NCBI GenBank assembly: GCA_963850905.1
Contig: CAWKMU010000003.1
Coordinates: 224,001-288,000, forward strand
Direction: 5' to 3'
DNA: 64,000 nucleotides
Source of the DNA: an uncultured Gemmatimonadales bacterium
Lineage (GTDB): Bacteria > Gemmatimonadota > Gemmatimonadetes > Gemmatimonadales > Gemmatimonadaceae
Part shown: in pieces, positions 23,171 to 32,424 of the stretch
Layout: each line of letters opens with the position of its first letter
How positions within the stretch are numbered: position 1 is the first letter of the stretch
The notes under the pieces: model-generated
Databases searched by the model: none
What the model was told of the DNA's origin: nothing
What the model saw: only the letters and a program-made list of their open reading frames with translations
Program-made: the position numbers and the translations under genes

Positions 23171-25019
23171 CGCCGCCGCGTCGGCCCCGCTCGCGGCCAC
23201 TGTCACACGCGACGCATCCGGGCCAAAGCCGCGCCCGGCGCCGGGGACGCTCACGCAGCTGTTTTACGAGGCGGTCGAGCGCTACGACAAACCCGACGCA
23301 CTGCAATACAAGCGCGACGGGAAGTACCGGCCAGTCTCCCACCGCGACCTCCTGACCCGCGTCCGCCACGCCGGGCAGGGCCTCCTGCAGCAAGGCATCA
23401 GCCCCGGCGACCGCGTCGCCATCCTGTCCGAGAATCGTCCGGAATGGGCAGTCGCGGACTATGCGTGTCTCACGGTCGGCATAACCGACGTGCCGTTGTA
23501 TCCCACTCTGCCGGCACAGCAATTGGTCTTCATGCTGCGCGACTCCGGTGCGACGGCCGTTTTCGTCTCGACGAGTGTGCAGGCGGCCAAGATCGGGGAG
23601 GTCCGCTCGCAGCTCCCGGCGCTGCGCCTCGTGATCTCGTTCGACGAGGAACCGCTCCCCGGCGTCGACCTGACGATGAGTGAGCTCGAGTCCGTTGGCG
23701 CAGGAGACGACGGCATGGGTGCTGCGCAGCGGTATCGCGATCGCGCACTGGCCGTTCGACCGGACGACCTCGCGACCATCATCTACACCTCCGGCACGAC
23801 GGGCGAGCCTAAAGGGGTCATGCTGACCCACGACAACATCTACTCCAACGTCGCCGCCGCGCGCACGGTGCTGCCATTTGTCGGCAATGATGTGTCGCTC
23901 TGCTTCCTGCCCTTGTCGCACATCTTCGGCCGCATGGCGGACCATTATCTCATGTTCGCCGTCGGGGCATCGATCGCCTATGTCGAATCGATCGATTCGC
24001 TGATCGTGAATCTGGGCGAAGTGCGCCCGACCTTCGTGCTGGCCGTGCCCCGTGTGTACGAGAAGGTCTACGCCGGCGTGCTCGAGCAAGCGCATCGCTC
24101 GCCCACGAAATGGCGCTTGTTCAATTGGGCCGTGGCCACCGGCGGCGCATGGGCCGACGCGCGACTCGCCGGCCGGCCGGTCGACGGCTGGCTCGCATTG
24201 CGCTACGCCGTCGCCCAACGCCTCGTGTTCGGACGACTCCGCTCGCGCTTCGGCGGCCGGCTCCGTTTCTTTGTATCCGGCGGTGCGCCACTCGCGCCCG
24301 ACATCAACCGTTTCTTCTACGCGGCGGGGCTGACAGTCCTCGAGGGATACGGCCTGACCGAGACGAGTCCCGTCATCGCGGTCAATACGCCCGAGCACTT
24401 CCGGATCGGCACCGTGGGCCGCCCCATCGCCGGGGTCGAGGTACACATCGCCGACGATGGCGAGATCCTCACGCGTGGGCCCAACGTAATGCGCGGGTAC
24501 TTCAACAAGCCCGACGAGACTCGTGCCGCGATCGACGCCGAAGGTTGGTTCCACACCGGTGACATCGGCGAGATCCACGATGGATTCTTGGCGATCACCG
24601 ATCGCAAGAAGGATCTCATCAAGACCGCCGGCGGCAAGTTCATCGCGCCCGCACCGCTCGAGAACCGCGTCCAGGCGAGCCCGTTCGTCGCGCAGGTCGT
24701 CCTGATCGGCGACCGCCGCAAGTACAGCGTGCTCCTCGTGGTGCCGAACTTCACGCATCTCGAGCGCTGGGCCAAGACCAGTAACCTCATGTGGACCACG
24801 CGAGCCGACCTCATCGCACTCCCCGCCGTCCAGCAGAAAATGGAACAAGAGACGCTGGGCCGACTGACCGGTCTGGCCAGCTTCGAGACGCCGAAGCGCG
24901 TCGGACTCCTGGAGCACGAGCTGTCGATCGACGCCGGCGAGCTGACGCCCACCCTCAAGGTGAAACGCCGCGTCATCGACGAGAAATACCGCGCGCTGAT
25001 CGATTCGCTTTTCGTCTAA
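23157..25019 (+). CDS. Long-chain fatty acid-CoA ligase (AMP-dependent)
   Basis: IIYTSGTTGEPKG, EGYGLTET, GWFHTGDIG, ELTPTLKVKR. Confidence 0.95.
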   Translation: MATTSAAASAPLAATVTRDASGPKPRPAPGTLTQLFYEAVERYDKPDALQYKRDGKYRPVSHRDLLTRVRHAGQGLLQQGISPGDRVAILSENRPEWAVADYACLTVGITDVPLYPTLPAQQLVFMLRDSGATAVFVSTSVQAAKIGEVRSQLPALRLVISFDEEPLPGVDLTMSELESVGAGDDGMGAAQRYRDRALAVRPDDLATIIYTSGTTGEPKGVMLTHDNIYSNVAAARTVLPFVGNDVSLCFLPLSHIFGRMADHYLMFAVGASIAYVESIDSLIVNLGEVRPTFVLAVPRVYEKVYAGVLEQAHRSPTKWRLFNWAVATGGAWADARLAGRPVDGWLALRYAVAQRLVFGRLRSRFGGRLRFFVSGGAPLAPDINRFFYAAGLTVLEGYGLTETSPVIAVNTPEHFRIGTVGRPIAGVEVHIADDGEILTRGPNVMRGYFNKPDETRAAIDAEGWFHTGDIGEIHDGFLAITDRKKDLIKTAGGKFIAPAPLENRVQASPFVAQVVLIGDRRKYSVLLVVPNFTHLERWAKTSNLMWTTRADLIALPAVQQKMEQETLGRLTGLASFETPKRVGLLEHELSIDAGELTPTLKVKRRVIDEKYRALIDSLFV

Positions 25020-25102
25020 CGTCCAACGTCTTGCGCTTAGCATCTAGCGTCTAGCATCTAGCGTCCAGCGTCCAGCGTCCAGCGTCCAGCGTCTAGCCTC
25101 TA
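25014..25102. repeat. Heptamer tandem tract (TAGCGTC/CAGCGTC)
   Basis: About 11 imperfect heptamers between convergent stop codons. Confidence 0.9.
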
Positions 25103-25736
25103 AGCCCTCCGCAACATCACCGGCGCCTGGTCGAACTCCGCCACTCGTTCCGCCACCCACACCTCCGTGTCACGCGCCAGCTCTCGCATGCCCTGTGGCA
25201 CAGCAGCCGACACGGGCGCGATGAGACGTCCGCCAACGCGGAGTGCACCGGCGATACCGCCGGCGGCCGATCCCGTCTCCGCATCGAGCATCACACCACG
25301 GAGGACACCAGCCGCGAATGGCGAAGCCTCGGCATACATCGGCGTTACGTCATTCCACCCCGCGATCGCGCCCGGCGGGTTCAACAGCACGACCGAGACA
25401 TCGGCCTGCTCGGAGAGCGCCTGAGCCAGCGCACCCTCGACCCCGCCGAGGACGACGATGCCTCCGGGATCGACGAGACCCAGGAGTGCCGCCGCGCGAA
25501 GCACCGCCTCCGCTGACCGCGATTGAGCAGGCGGCCGCGCGCGACAATGGTCTCGCTGCTCCGGCTCGAAGACGATGCCGCCCTGGTCGATCTCAAATCG
25601 CGCGTCGCAGATCGGGCAGGCGAGTATGCCGTACTCGACCGAGCCCCCCGTAGCAGTCCGATCGACCGTGGCGACCAACGCGCTCGACTCGTGCGAGCGC
25701 GGACACCGCAGCACATCTGACCAGGGCGAGGTGCAC
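25100..25736 (-). CDS. Hypothetical protein with Trm112-like N-terminus (frameshift near start)
   Basis: DVLRCPRSHE...GILACPICDARFEIDQG, then degenerate methyltransferase-like ALRVGGRL. Confidence 0.6.
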
Positions 25737-25746
25737 TGCGTGAGAC

Positions 25747-26514
25747 TCAGCTCGGAGACAGGCGGATCTCGTCGACACTCACGCGCGGCGGCCGCGTGAC
25801 GACGAAAAGGACCGCGTCGGCGACGTCGGCGGGGCTGAGCATCGCGTCGGCGGTCGGGAACGACGCCCGCGTTTCCGGTGCGAGCTCGTCCCACAACGTC
25901 GTGTCGACCGCACCGGGCGAAAGGAGGGTCGTCCGCACGCCTGTGGCGGCGAGCTCTGCGCGTAAGACTTCGTGCAACCCCCGCAGTCCGAACTTGCTGG
26001 CGGCGTATGCCCCGTTGCCGGGAAAAGCGACGTGATCGGCGATGGAGCCGAGTGTCACGACGTGCCCCCGACCGCGCTGACGCATGCCGGGAAGGAATGC
26101 GTGCACCAGCCGAAAGGGCACGGAGAGGTTGAGCGCGAGGAGACGATCGAATTGCTCCGGCGACGTGTCGGCGACTGGCGCGATCAGAAACGCACCGGCG
26201 TTGTTCACCAGCACGTCGGGCGCCCGACCGAATGCCTGCTGGGCCGCGTGCACGACGGCTTCGATGCTGCCGGGCGCGAGGAGATCCAGCGTGAGATCGA
26301 TGAGTCCGGGATCGGGACTCGTGACACCGCCGCGGGAGACCGCAAGCACACGAGCGCCCGCCGCGACGAGTGCACGCGCGACTGCGCGGCCGATACCTCG
26401 GGATGCGCCGGTAACAACGGCGGCGAGATCACGCAATGGAGCAACGGCTTCGAGCGGCGAGGCACGCCTCGCCCGTTCGCCGCCCGGTTTATCGGCCGCC
26501 AGGCCAGGGTCCAT
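25747..26514 (-). CDS. Short-chain dehydrogenase/reductase
   Basis: [18 protein letters not shown]. Confidence 0.93.
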   Translation of the reverse strand: MDPGLAADKPGGERARRASPLEAVAPLRDLAAVVTGASRGIGRAVARALVAAGARVLAVSRGGVTSPDPGLIDLTLDLLAPGSIEAVVHAAQQAFGRAPDVLVNNAGAFLIAPVADTSPEQFDRLLALNLSVPFRLVHAFLPGMRQRGRGHVVTLGSIADHVAFPGNGAYAASKFGLRGLHEVLRAELAATGVRTTLLSPGAVDTTLWDELAPETRASFPTADAMLSPADVADAVLFVVTRPPRVSVDEIRLSPS

Positions 26515-27253
26515 ACGCGAGACGGAAGAATTCATCGCGTGTCTTGGCGTCCGAGCGGAACGTCCCACGCACGGCACTCGTGATCGTCTTCGAGTTCTGC
26601 TTCTCGACGCCGCGCATCATCATGCACAGATGCTGCGCCTCGATGACTACCCCGACGCCGTAAGGCTCGAGCACACTCTCGACCGCGCCGGCAATCTGCT
26701 CGGTCAATCGCTCCTGCACCTGCAGGCGACGCGCGAATACCTCGACCACACGCGGCAGTTTCGACAGCCCGACGATGCGCCCGCGTGGGAGATACGCGAT
26801 GTGCGCGCGGCCGAAGAAGGGAAGCATGTGATGCTCGCACAGGGAGTACAACTCAATGTCGCGCACCATGATCATGCTCTCGTGCTTCTCCTCGAAGACC
26901 GCATCGCCAATCACCTGCGCCGCATCGAGTCCATACCCGCGCGTCAGCCAGGTCAGCGACTTTGCGACCCGCGCCGGTGTCTTGAGAAGCGCCTCGCGAT
27001 CCGGATCCTCGCCCAAGAGCTCGATCTCGCGACGAACGACCGCCTCGAGCTCAGCCGCTCGGGTGCGATCAGCCGCCAGAAGCGTCTCCTCGTCCCGCGC
27101 CTCCACTTCCACGCGACCGGAAGCGACCTCGGCGGCCCGCACTCGCGCAGCGGTCGCTTTATCGACACTGCGGTTGGCGGTGCGAGTGCGACCGGTCCCG
27201 ACTGGAGCAGCCGGTCGACGGCCTGCCCCGTTGTCATCTCGCGAATTCGACAT
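26489..27253 (-). CDS. folE: GTP cyclohydrolase I
   Basis: [42 protein letters not shown]. Confidence 0.97.
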   Translation of the reverse strand: MSNSRDDNGAGRRPAAPVGTGRTRTANRSVDKATAARVRAAEVASGRVEVEARDEETLLAADRTRAAELEAVVRREIELLGEDPDREALLKTPARVAKSLTWLTRGYGLDAAQVIGDAVFEEKHESMIMVRDIELYSLCEHHMLPFFGRAHIAYLPRGRIVGLSKLPRVVEVFARRLQVQERLTEQIAGAVESVLEPYGVGVVIEAQHLCMMMRGVEKQNSKTITSAVRGTFRSDAKTRDEFFRLAYGPWPGGR

Positions 27254-27268
27254 GGTGACGTTCCATTG

Positions 27269-27300
27269 CAAAAGAGAAGGCCCCGCTACGCGGGGCCTTC
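27269..27300 (-). terminator. Intrinsic terminator-like hairpin immediately upstream of folE
   Basis: Minus strand gaaggccccgc-gta-gcggggccttc followed by tcttttg. Confidence 0.75.
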
Positions 27301-27638
27301 GAAATTTGGGGGTGCGAAGAGGGGTTTTTGAAGCCCAGTCGAATGTATGAGGCCCTCACCATGTCTTCCGCCGTCCCCGCACTGGGGCATGACGTCAACA
27401 CAGATTGTCGAACCCACTCGGTGGACTTATCGGCTCAAAAATTAAACCTCTTCGCCCCTACCAACTACCAAAGCAATATGTGTTCGCAGACCTCGATGCA
27501 ACCAAACGCGGCTGTCGTCGGTTTCATTCGCGCGTGCACTGCGTTGCAACGCAATGTAGGTGCCGCCCCATATACCGTCAATCACGACGCAGCCACCCAC
27601 TTCGTCACAGAGTCGACGCAATCGTCACGATGTAAGAG

Positions 27639-27761
27639 GTTAGACGTTGGACGTTAGAGTTTGGACGTTAGAGAGAAACCTCGGGCCGAGCGAAGTGCAC
27701 CGCTGCTGGCCCCGAAGTTTGTTCTCCAACGTCTAACGTCCACCGTCCACCGTCTTACGTC
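27639..27761. repeat. Heptamer-array-flanked hairpin element, copy 2
   Basis: ggacgttagagagaaacctcggg...cccgaagtttgttctccaacgtctaacgtcc; homologous to 8008-8148. Confidence 0.9.
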
Positions 27762-27881
27762 GTGCGCGGTTCGCTGCACTCCGCGGCACGCATGCGGCCA
27801 CACTGCGCGCGGCCTGGCGCACCACGGGGTGGAGCGACACGTTTCTTCGCTCACGTCTTTACCCGCCGCTAGCTTCACACT

Positions 27882-28067
27882 ATGGACATCGGCCTCGTCG
27901 CAGCGATCATCATGCTTATCGTGTGGGCAGTCGGCGCGTTCGCACTCGACGCGCCTGGCTGGATCCACCTGCTGCTCACCGTGGGAATGTTTCTCCTGAT
28001 CTGGCGCATTGCCGTGGTTACAGCGGGTCGATCCCGCGCGAATGCCGCGGACCGCGATAAGGGGTAA
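27882..28067 (+). CDS. Small membrane protein (lmo0937/DUF5670-like)
   Basis: Two TM helices, PGWIHLLL motif. Confidence 0.7.
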   Translation: MDIGLVAAIIMLIVWAVGAFALDAPGWIHLLLTVGMFLLIWRIAVVTAGRSRANAADRDKG

Positions 28068-28109
28068 GCGACGCGACAGCGTCCGCGGCCAGCCCAGCCA
28101 AGTCCACCG

Positions 28110-28138
28110 TTGAGTTCGCCACAGTCGCGCCATATGTT
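28110..28138 (+). promoter_or_regulatory. Sigma70-type promoter
   Basis: TTGAGT-N17-TATGTT; same architecture upstream of the paralog. Confidence 0.65.
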
Positions 28139-28168
28139 TGAGCGCCTTCTCACCAGGGGTGCCTGCTT

Positions 28169-28969
28169 ATGCGCAAGACTCCTGTACGTGCAGCACTCGT
28201 CATCCTCTGCGCAGCGATCGGCTTGGATGCCAATGCGCAAGCGACGACGGACTCGACGCACCAGGACCCGACGAGTCAGGTGACCGCGGCTGCTGCCGCA
28301 CCAATGCCCGCCGGCACTGCGGCCGCCGCGGCCGGCGTCGGGTTCGCGATGCCATTGGACGTTCGTGGCTATCACATGACTGACTCCCTGCGTCTGCCCG
28401 GTGCCGGCCAAGCCACGCAGTACACGTACACGCACCCGCCGCATGATCGCATCACGGTCTTGGTGTCGCCGTACGAGTCAGGAACCCCGCTGCGCACGCA
28501 GGATGACACGACGGGGATGCTGCAAAGCACCGTCGACATGTTGCGCATGTCGCTGGACAACACCTACCACCAAGGCGATCTCACCGCCTTCAATGTGCTG
28601 TCGGAGCGGAGCGACGACATGAAAGCGGCGGGGCGCAAGATACGCGGCTACTCGTTGGTCGTCGGCCTGACACACCGTGGCGCGGTCACTCTCCCCACGT
28701 TGTCGACGTCAGCGTGCAACGCCGGCAACAACACGGTCGTGGCGAGAGACACCAGCCGGCAGTTTGGGTCTGGGTCGAGCACCGAAATGCTGCGAGGCTG
28801 TTCCACCTCTTCGGGTCGCGCCTTCGAGGGGTATGTGTACTACGCTGCCTGGGCCTTCGGCGACCGGATAATCCGCGTTCGCGCGGACCTGCCGCAGCAA
28901 GTAGCCGCAAATGAGCAGGCTCCCGATTTCGCTAAGAAACTGTTGGCCGCGCTGGCGGGGTCGCATTGA
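28169..28969 (+). CDS. Exported hypothetical protein (paralog A)
   Basis: Signal peptide ANA-QATTDSTH; shares blocks with 29155-29808. Confidence 0.8.
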   Translation: MRKTPVRAALVILCAAIGLDANAQATTDSTHQDPTSQVTAAAAAPMPAGTAAAAAGVGFAMPLDVRGYHMTDSLRLPGAGQATQYTYTHPPHDRITVLVSPYESGTPLRTQDDTTGMLQSTVDMLRMSLDNTYHQGDLTAFNVLSERSDDMKAAGRKIRGYSLVVGLTHRGAVTLPTLSTSACNAGNNTVVARDTSRQFGSGSSTEMLRGCSTSSGRAFEGYVYYAAWAFGDRIIRVRADLPQQVAANEQAPDFAKKLLAALAGSH

Positions 28970-29032
28970 GGCGGAGGGCCGAACGCCAGGGTCAGTTTGA
29001 CCCTCAATAGCGGTGGCTAACGCACTTTACTG

Positions 29033-29061
29033 TTGAGCTTGGCGCCCGGGCGCCATATGTT
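29033..29061 (+). promoter_or_regulatory. Sigma70-type promoter
   Basis: TTGAGC-N17-TATGTT. Confidence 0.65.
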
Positions 29062-29154
29062 TGGGCGCCCTCGAGAGCAGTCTTCCCACCGTGGAACGCG
29101 GGCTGGACGGGCTCGGCCTGCTGCCGACTGCTCGACTCTCACTGGAGAGCCTCT

Positions 29155-29808
29155 ATGCGACTGGCCCTCGCACGTGCAGCACTGCTCGTGGTTTCGGTAG
29201 GGATCGGCTTTGACGCGGCCGCCCAGGCAACGACGGATTCCACCCACCGCGACACCACGGCGAACACCGCGGCGCCCAACGCCGTCGCCGTAGTCAACAC
29301 CACGGCCGGCACCAAACCATCGATGCCTACGGAGGTGCGCGGGTACCGCCGGACCGACTCCGTGAGTCTAGGCGATGCCGCTAATGGCGTGCAGTACATG
29401 TACACCCGCAACAAGAACGATCAGATCAACGTCTTCGTCGCGCCGTATCAGCCGGGAGATAAGCTCAACACGGCCGAGGACTCCACGAACTTCGCGCTGG
29501 ACGACGTCGATCGATTTTATCAGACGATTGAGTTAGCGGCCCAGCGAGGGACCGTGATTCACGCGTTCCGCCTGCTGCATCGCGGACCCGATGACTTCAA
29601 GGCCCACGGTCACACCGTGCGCGGCGCGGCCGTGTGGGCGATTTTCCAGCGGCGTGGCACCGCGGGCACGCTGTTCACGTACTACGCGGTGTTTCCTGTG
29701 CCGGGAGCGGTAGTTCGCGTACGCGCCGAGCTCCCCGCGATCACCGTCGGCAACGATGAAGTGCCGCTGTTCGCGAGGATGCTCGTCGGCGAGATGAGCC
29801 AGCAGTAG
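29155..29808 (+). CDS. Exported hypothetical protein (paralog B)
   Basis: Signal peptide AAA-QATTDSTH; MPxxVRGY, QYxYT, RVRAxLP shared with paralog A. Confidence 0.8.
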   Translation: MRLALARAALLVVSVGIGFDAAAQATTDSTHRDTTANTAAPNAVAVVNTTAGTKPSMPTEVRGYRRTDSVSLGDAANGVQYMYTRNKNDQINVFVAPYQPGDKLNTAEDSTNFALDDVDRFYQTIELAAQRGTVIHAFRLLHRGPDDFKAHGHTVRGAAVWAIFQRRGTAGTLFTYYAVFPVPGAVVRVRAELPAITVGNDEVPLFARMLVGEMSQQ

Positions 29809-29857
29809 GAGGGCGCCTCGCCGGTTGGGCGCGCTGGGGTCGCAATGCATCCAACAT

Positions 29858-29881
29858 GGAGGGGCGGCCTTCAGGCCGCCC
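29858..29881 (+). repeat. REP palindrome, second class (GGAG variant)
   Basis: ggaggggcggccttcaggccgccc. Confidence 0.8.
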
Positions 29882-29901
29882 ACCCAGTCCCCATCTCAAT
29901 A

Positions 29902-30219
29902 CTAGGTGTGTGCCGCGTCCGCTGGTCCGGTGTCCGGTGAGCGCTCGATGACCGGTACCGGCCCAGCGGGCGGCGTCCGTCGCTCGACAACCAGCGTGTA
30001 GTGTCCAGCGAGCGCGCCAATCGCCGCGAGCGCCGCGAGCGCTGGCGCCAACAACACGCCGACCACACCCGCGGTCAGCGGTAGCTCCATCACGGTGTGG
30101 CCCTGATCGTTCTTCACGATGATGCGGCGCACGTTGCCCTCGTGAATGATCTCCTTGGCCTTCGCCACGAGATTGGCGCCCGGTACGTGATGCTCTTCAG
30201 TCTGAGTCGGCAATGTCAT
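29902..30219 (-). CDS. DUF4342 domain protein
   Basis: LVAKAKEIIHEGNVRRIIVK...ELPLTAGVVG. Confidence 0.85.
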   Translation of the reverse strand: MTLPTQTEEHHVPGANLVAKAKEIIHEGNVRRIIVKNDQGHTVMELPLTAGVVGVLLAPALAALAAIGALAGHYTLVVERRTPPAGPVPVIERSPDTGPADAAHT

Positions 30220-30529
30220 GGATGCTCTCTGGAGAAAGTGAGTCCCACTCATCTTACGCGTCGCGCACGCCTCGAGTTTCGGCCGCACATTTGCTTCCCC
30301 GTAGTCGACTTTCCACGCCCAACCGGCAACCACACAACGTCTTAGCGGTGTCTATCCCTTCGGCAGGACCATTTCAGTGTAACACCCGGCGAGCCTCGCC
30401 AACCACGGGCAGTCGTCGCAGCGCCAGCTGATCCACTGAAGGTCGTTACGCGCAACCTGGACCAAACGAATCGGGGACGAGCCATCGCCTCGCTCACCCC
30501 CGTCCTTCTTGACCCCAAGCCCTCGTCCC

Positions 30530-31444
30530 ATGCGTGCACTGATCGCGCTTCTCGCAATCACGACGGCGCTCCCCGCGCAGGACAGCGGGACGCCTCGCGA
30601 TCGACTCGTCGTCAGCACGGCGTGGCTCGCGAACCATCTCCACGACAAAGACCTTGTCCTGCTGCAGGTCGGCGACTCGAGCACGTACCTGCAGGCGCAC
30701 ATCCCTGGCGCCAGACTCGTGACCCTCGAAGAGGTTTCGGCCGGCATGAGCGGACCCATGGACATGGATCACAAACTGATGCTCGAAATGCTCCCGCCCG
30801 ACGTGCTGCAAGCCCGCCTCGAGGCATTGGGCGTCTCGGACCGGTCGCACGTCATCGTGTATGTCGCGAAGGACCGCATCAGCGCAACGACCCGCGTTCT
30901 GTACACACTGGCCTACGCGGGAATCGGCGCGTCATCGGCACTGCTCGACGGTGGATTGCCTGCATGGCAAGCCGAGGGGAGGCCGGTCGAACACGGACCG
31001 CCAACGCCGGTCGCGGTCGCTACCATGACGGCCCACGCCGAGCCCTGGCTCATCGTCACGGCGGATTGGGTACAGACACACGGCACCGCGCCGGGCATCG
31101 CATTGCTGGATGCTCGCGAAGCTTCGTTCTACAATGGAACGGAGAAAGACGATGGCCCGCGCCGCGGCCATATCCCCGGCGCGAAGAGCCTCCCCTTCGA
31201 GGAGCTCTTCGATGCGACGCAACGCCTGCTCAGCCCCGACGCGCTGCGCGCACGATTCGCGCAGGCAGGCGTCCAGCCCGGCGACACGGTCGTCGCCTAT
31301 TGCCACATCGGCCAGCGCGCGACCGCCGTGCTCTTCGCCGCTCGCACGCTCGGCTACCCGGTTCGCCTCTACGATGGATCGTTCCAGGAATGGGGTCGCC
31401 GCACCGATCTGCCGGTCGATAATCCCGCCGCATCCGCCCGATAA
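30530..31444 (+). CDS. Exported tandem-rhodanese sulfurtransferase
   Basis: Signal peptide; HIPGA twice, LDGGLPAW, active-site YCHIGQRA, YDGSFQEW. Confidence 0.92.
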   Translation: MRALIALLAITTALPAQDSGTPRDRLVVSTAWLANHLHDKDLVLLQVGDSSTYLQAHIPGARLVTLEEVSAGMSGPMDMDHKLMLEMLPPDVLQARLEALGVSDRSHVIVYVAKDRISATTRVLYTLAYAGIGASSALLDGGLPAWQAEGRPVEHGPPTPVAVATMTAHAEPWLIVTADWVQTHGTAPGIALLDAREASFYNGTEKDDGPRRGHIPGAKSLPFEELFDATQRLLSPDALRARFAQAGVQPGDTVVAYCHIGQRATAVLFAARTLGYPVRLYDGSFQEWGRRTDLPVDNPAASAR

Positions 31445-31516
31445 CGCGGCCGCGCCTTGCGGTGACCGGGAGCGACACCCGCGTGTGCCGCGCCTGATGA
31501 CGCCGTAAATCGGCGG

Positions 31517-31541
31517 GTAGGGGCGACGCCATGCGTCGCCC
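31517..31541 (+). repeat. GTAG REP palindrome
   Basis: gtaggggcgacgccatgcgtcgccc; atcggcgg flank identical to the 6473 copy. Confidence 0.9.
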
Positions 31542-31582
31542 GTCATCGCCGTCCACACGAACCGTCACCGGGGCCGCCCGTT

Positions 31583-31611
31583 TTGACAATGTGGTACCAC
31601 GGTACCATCAT
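31583..31611 (+). promoter_or_regulatory. Promoter with GGTACC operator pair in the spacer
   Basis: TTGACA-N17-CATCAT; TGGTACCACGGTACCA between the hexamers; ATG 6 nt downstream. Confidence 0.65.
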
Positions 31612-31617
31612 TGCTCC

Positions 31618-31917
31618 ATGCCCGTTCGCGTGCAACGCGTGCAAACCGGTGTGCGCCTCGAGAAGCACCTGCTGCAGGTCCTCAAAGGACTCGGCGCATA
31701 CCTCGACTTGTCGCTGGGCGATCTCCTCGAGGGCATCGTGCTCCATGCGTTCGAGGGACGCGCACCTTTCTCCGAGGACACGCTGACCCGGATCGCCACA
31801 CTGCGCGATGTGTATCGGCTGCGCCTCACCGCGGCCGATAGCCATCAGCTGCTAGAGGACCCGGACACCGTTCCCGCTCGCCCGCCACGTCGCGCGCGCG
31901 TCGCGCGCCGGCGATGA
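31618..31917 (+). CDS. Small putative ribbon-helix-helix DNA-binding protein
   Basis: RVQTGVRLEKHLLQVLKGLGAYLDLSLGDLLEGIV fits strand-helix-helix pattern. Confidence 0.7.
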   Translation: MPVRVQRVQTGVRLEKHLLQVLKGLGAYLDLSLGDLLEGIVLHAFEGRAPFSEDTLTRIATLRDVYRLRLTAADSHQLLEDPDTVPARPPRRARVARRR

Positions 31918-31927
31918 GCGCACATCA

Positions 31928-32302
31928 ATGACGTCAAACGATCACGGGTTGTCCTCCGCAGTCCCGCGTCCCGGACCACAGCCCTTTGCAGGCGGATGGT
32001 TCCGCCTGCTGTACGTCGCGTGCATCGTCGCCTTGAGCGTGCAGACGATGGCCGGCGCGAAAGGCCTGCAAGACCATCACTTCTGGCTCGCGGCTCTCGA
32101 GATCGTCGGCGCGCTGCTGCTCCTGGTAGCCACGCTGCAGCGCATCGGCCTCGTGATCCTGTTGACGGTCTACACCGTGGCCGCGCTGATCACGATCCAC
32201 GCCGGGCACCTGCCCATCTATCTCGTGCTGTACGCCGGGACGGCCGTGTTTCTCGTGCAACGGGGTGCGCCACCCCAGGGCGCTTCGCGCCCCAGAGGGT
32301 AG
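31928..32302 (+). CDS. Small 4-TM membrane protein
   Basis: Four hydrophobic segments; co-oriented with the preceding gene. Confidence 0.7.
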   Translation: MTSNDHGLSSAVPRPGPQPFAGGWFRLLYVACIVALSVQTMAGAKGLQDHHFWLAALEIVGALLLLVATLQRIGLVILLTVYTVAALITIHAGHLPIYLVLYAGTAVFLVQRGAPPQGASRPRG

Positions 32303-32382
32303 AACTACAGAGCGTGGAAAGTAGACTACGTGCCGACGCGGGTGTTTAGCATTCGTCCACTTTCTACTTTCTGTGGCTCTAC
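32299..32382. repeat. Inverted repeat built of GTAGAAA/TTTCTAC heptamers
   Basis: gtagaactacagagcgtggaaagtagac ... gtccactttctactttctgtggctctac. Confidence 0.75.
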
Positions 32383-32424
32383 CTTCTCGGCCGCGCGAGC
32401 GGCCGCGGCGCATGCGTCGCCCTT

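Noticed and set aside
23076..25043. Long antisense ORFs (e.g. 23076-25043, 37225-38934, 61903-63756, 3473-4777)
   Set aside because: Shadow frames of real genes in high-GC DNA, with no motifs
27328..27657. 109-aa ORF upstream of folE
   Set aside because: Atypical composition, TTG start, no recognisable motif
28988..29004. Palindrome AGGGTCAGTTTGACCCT
   Set aside because: Single short occurrence; cannot distinguish operator, terminator or chance
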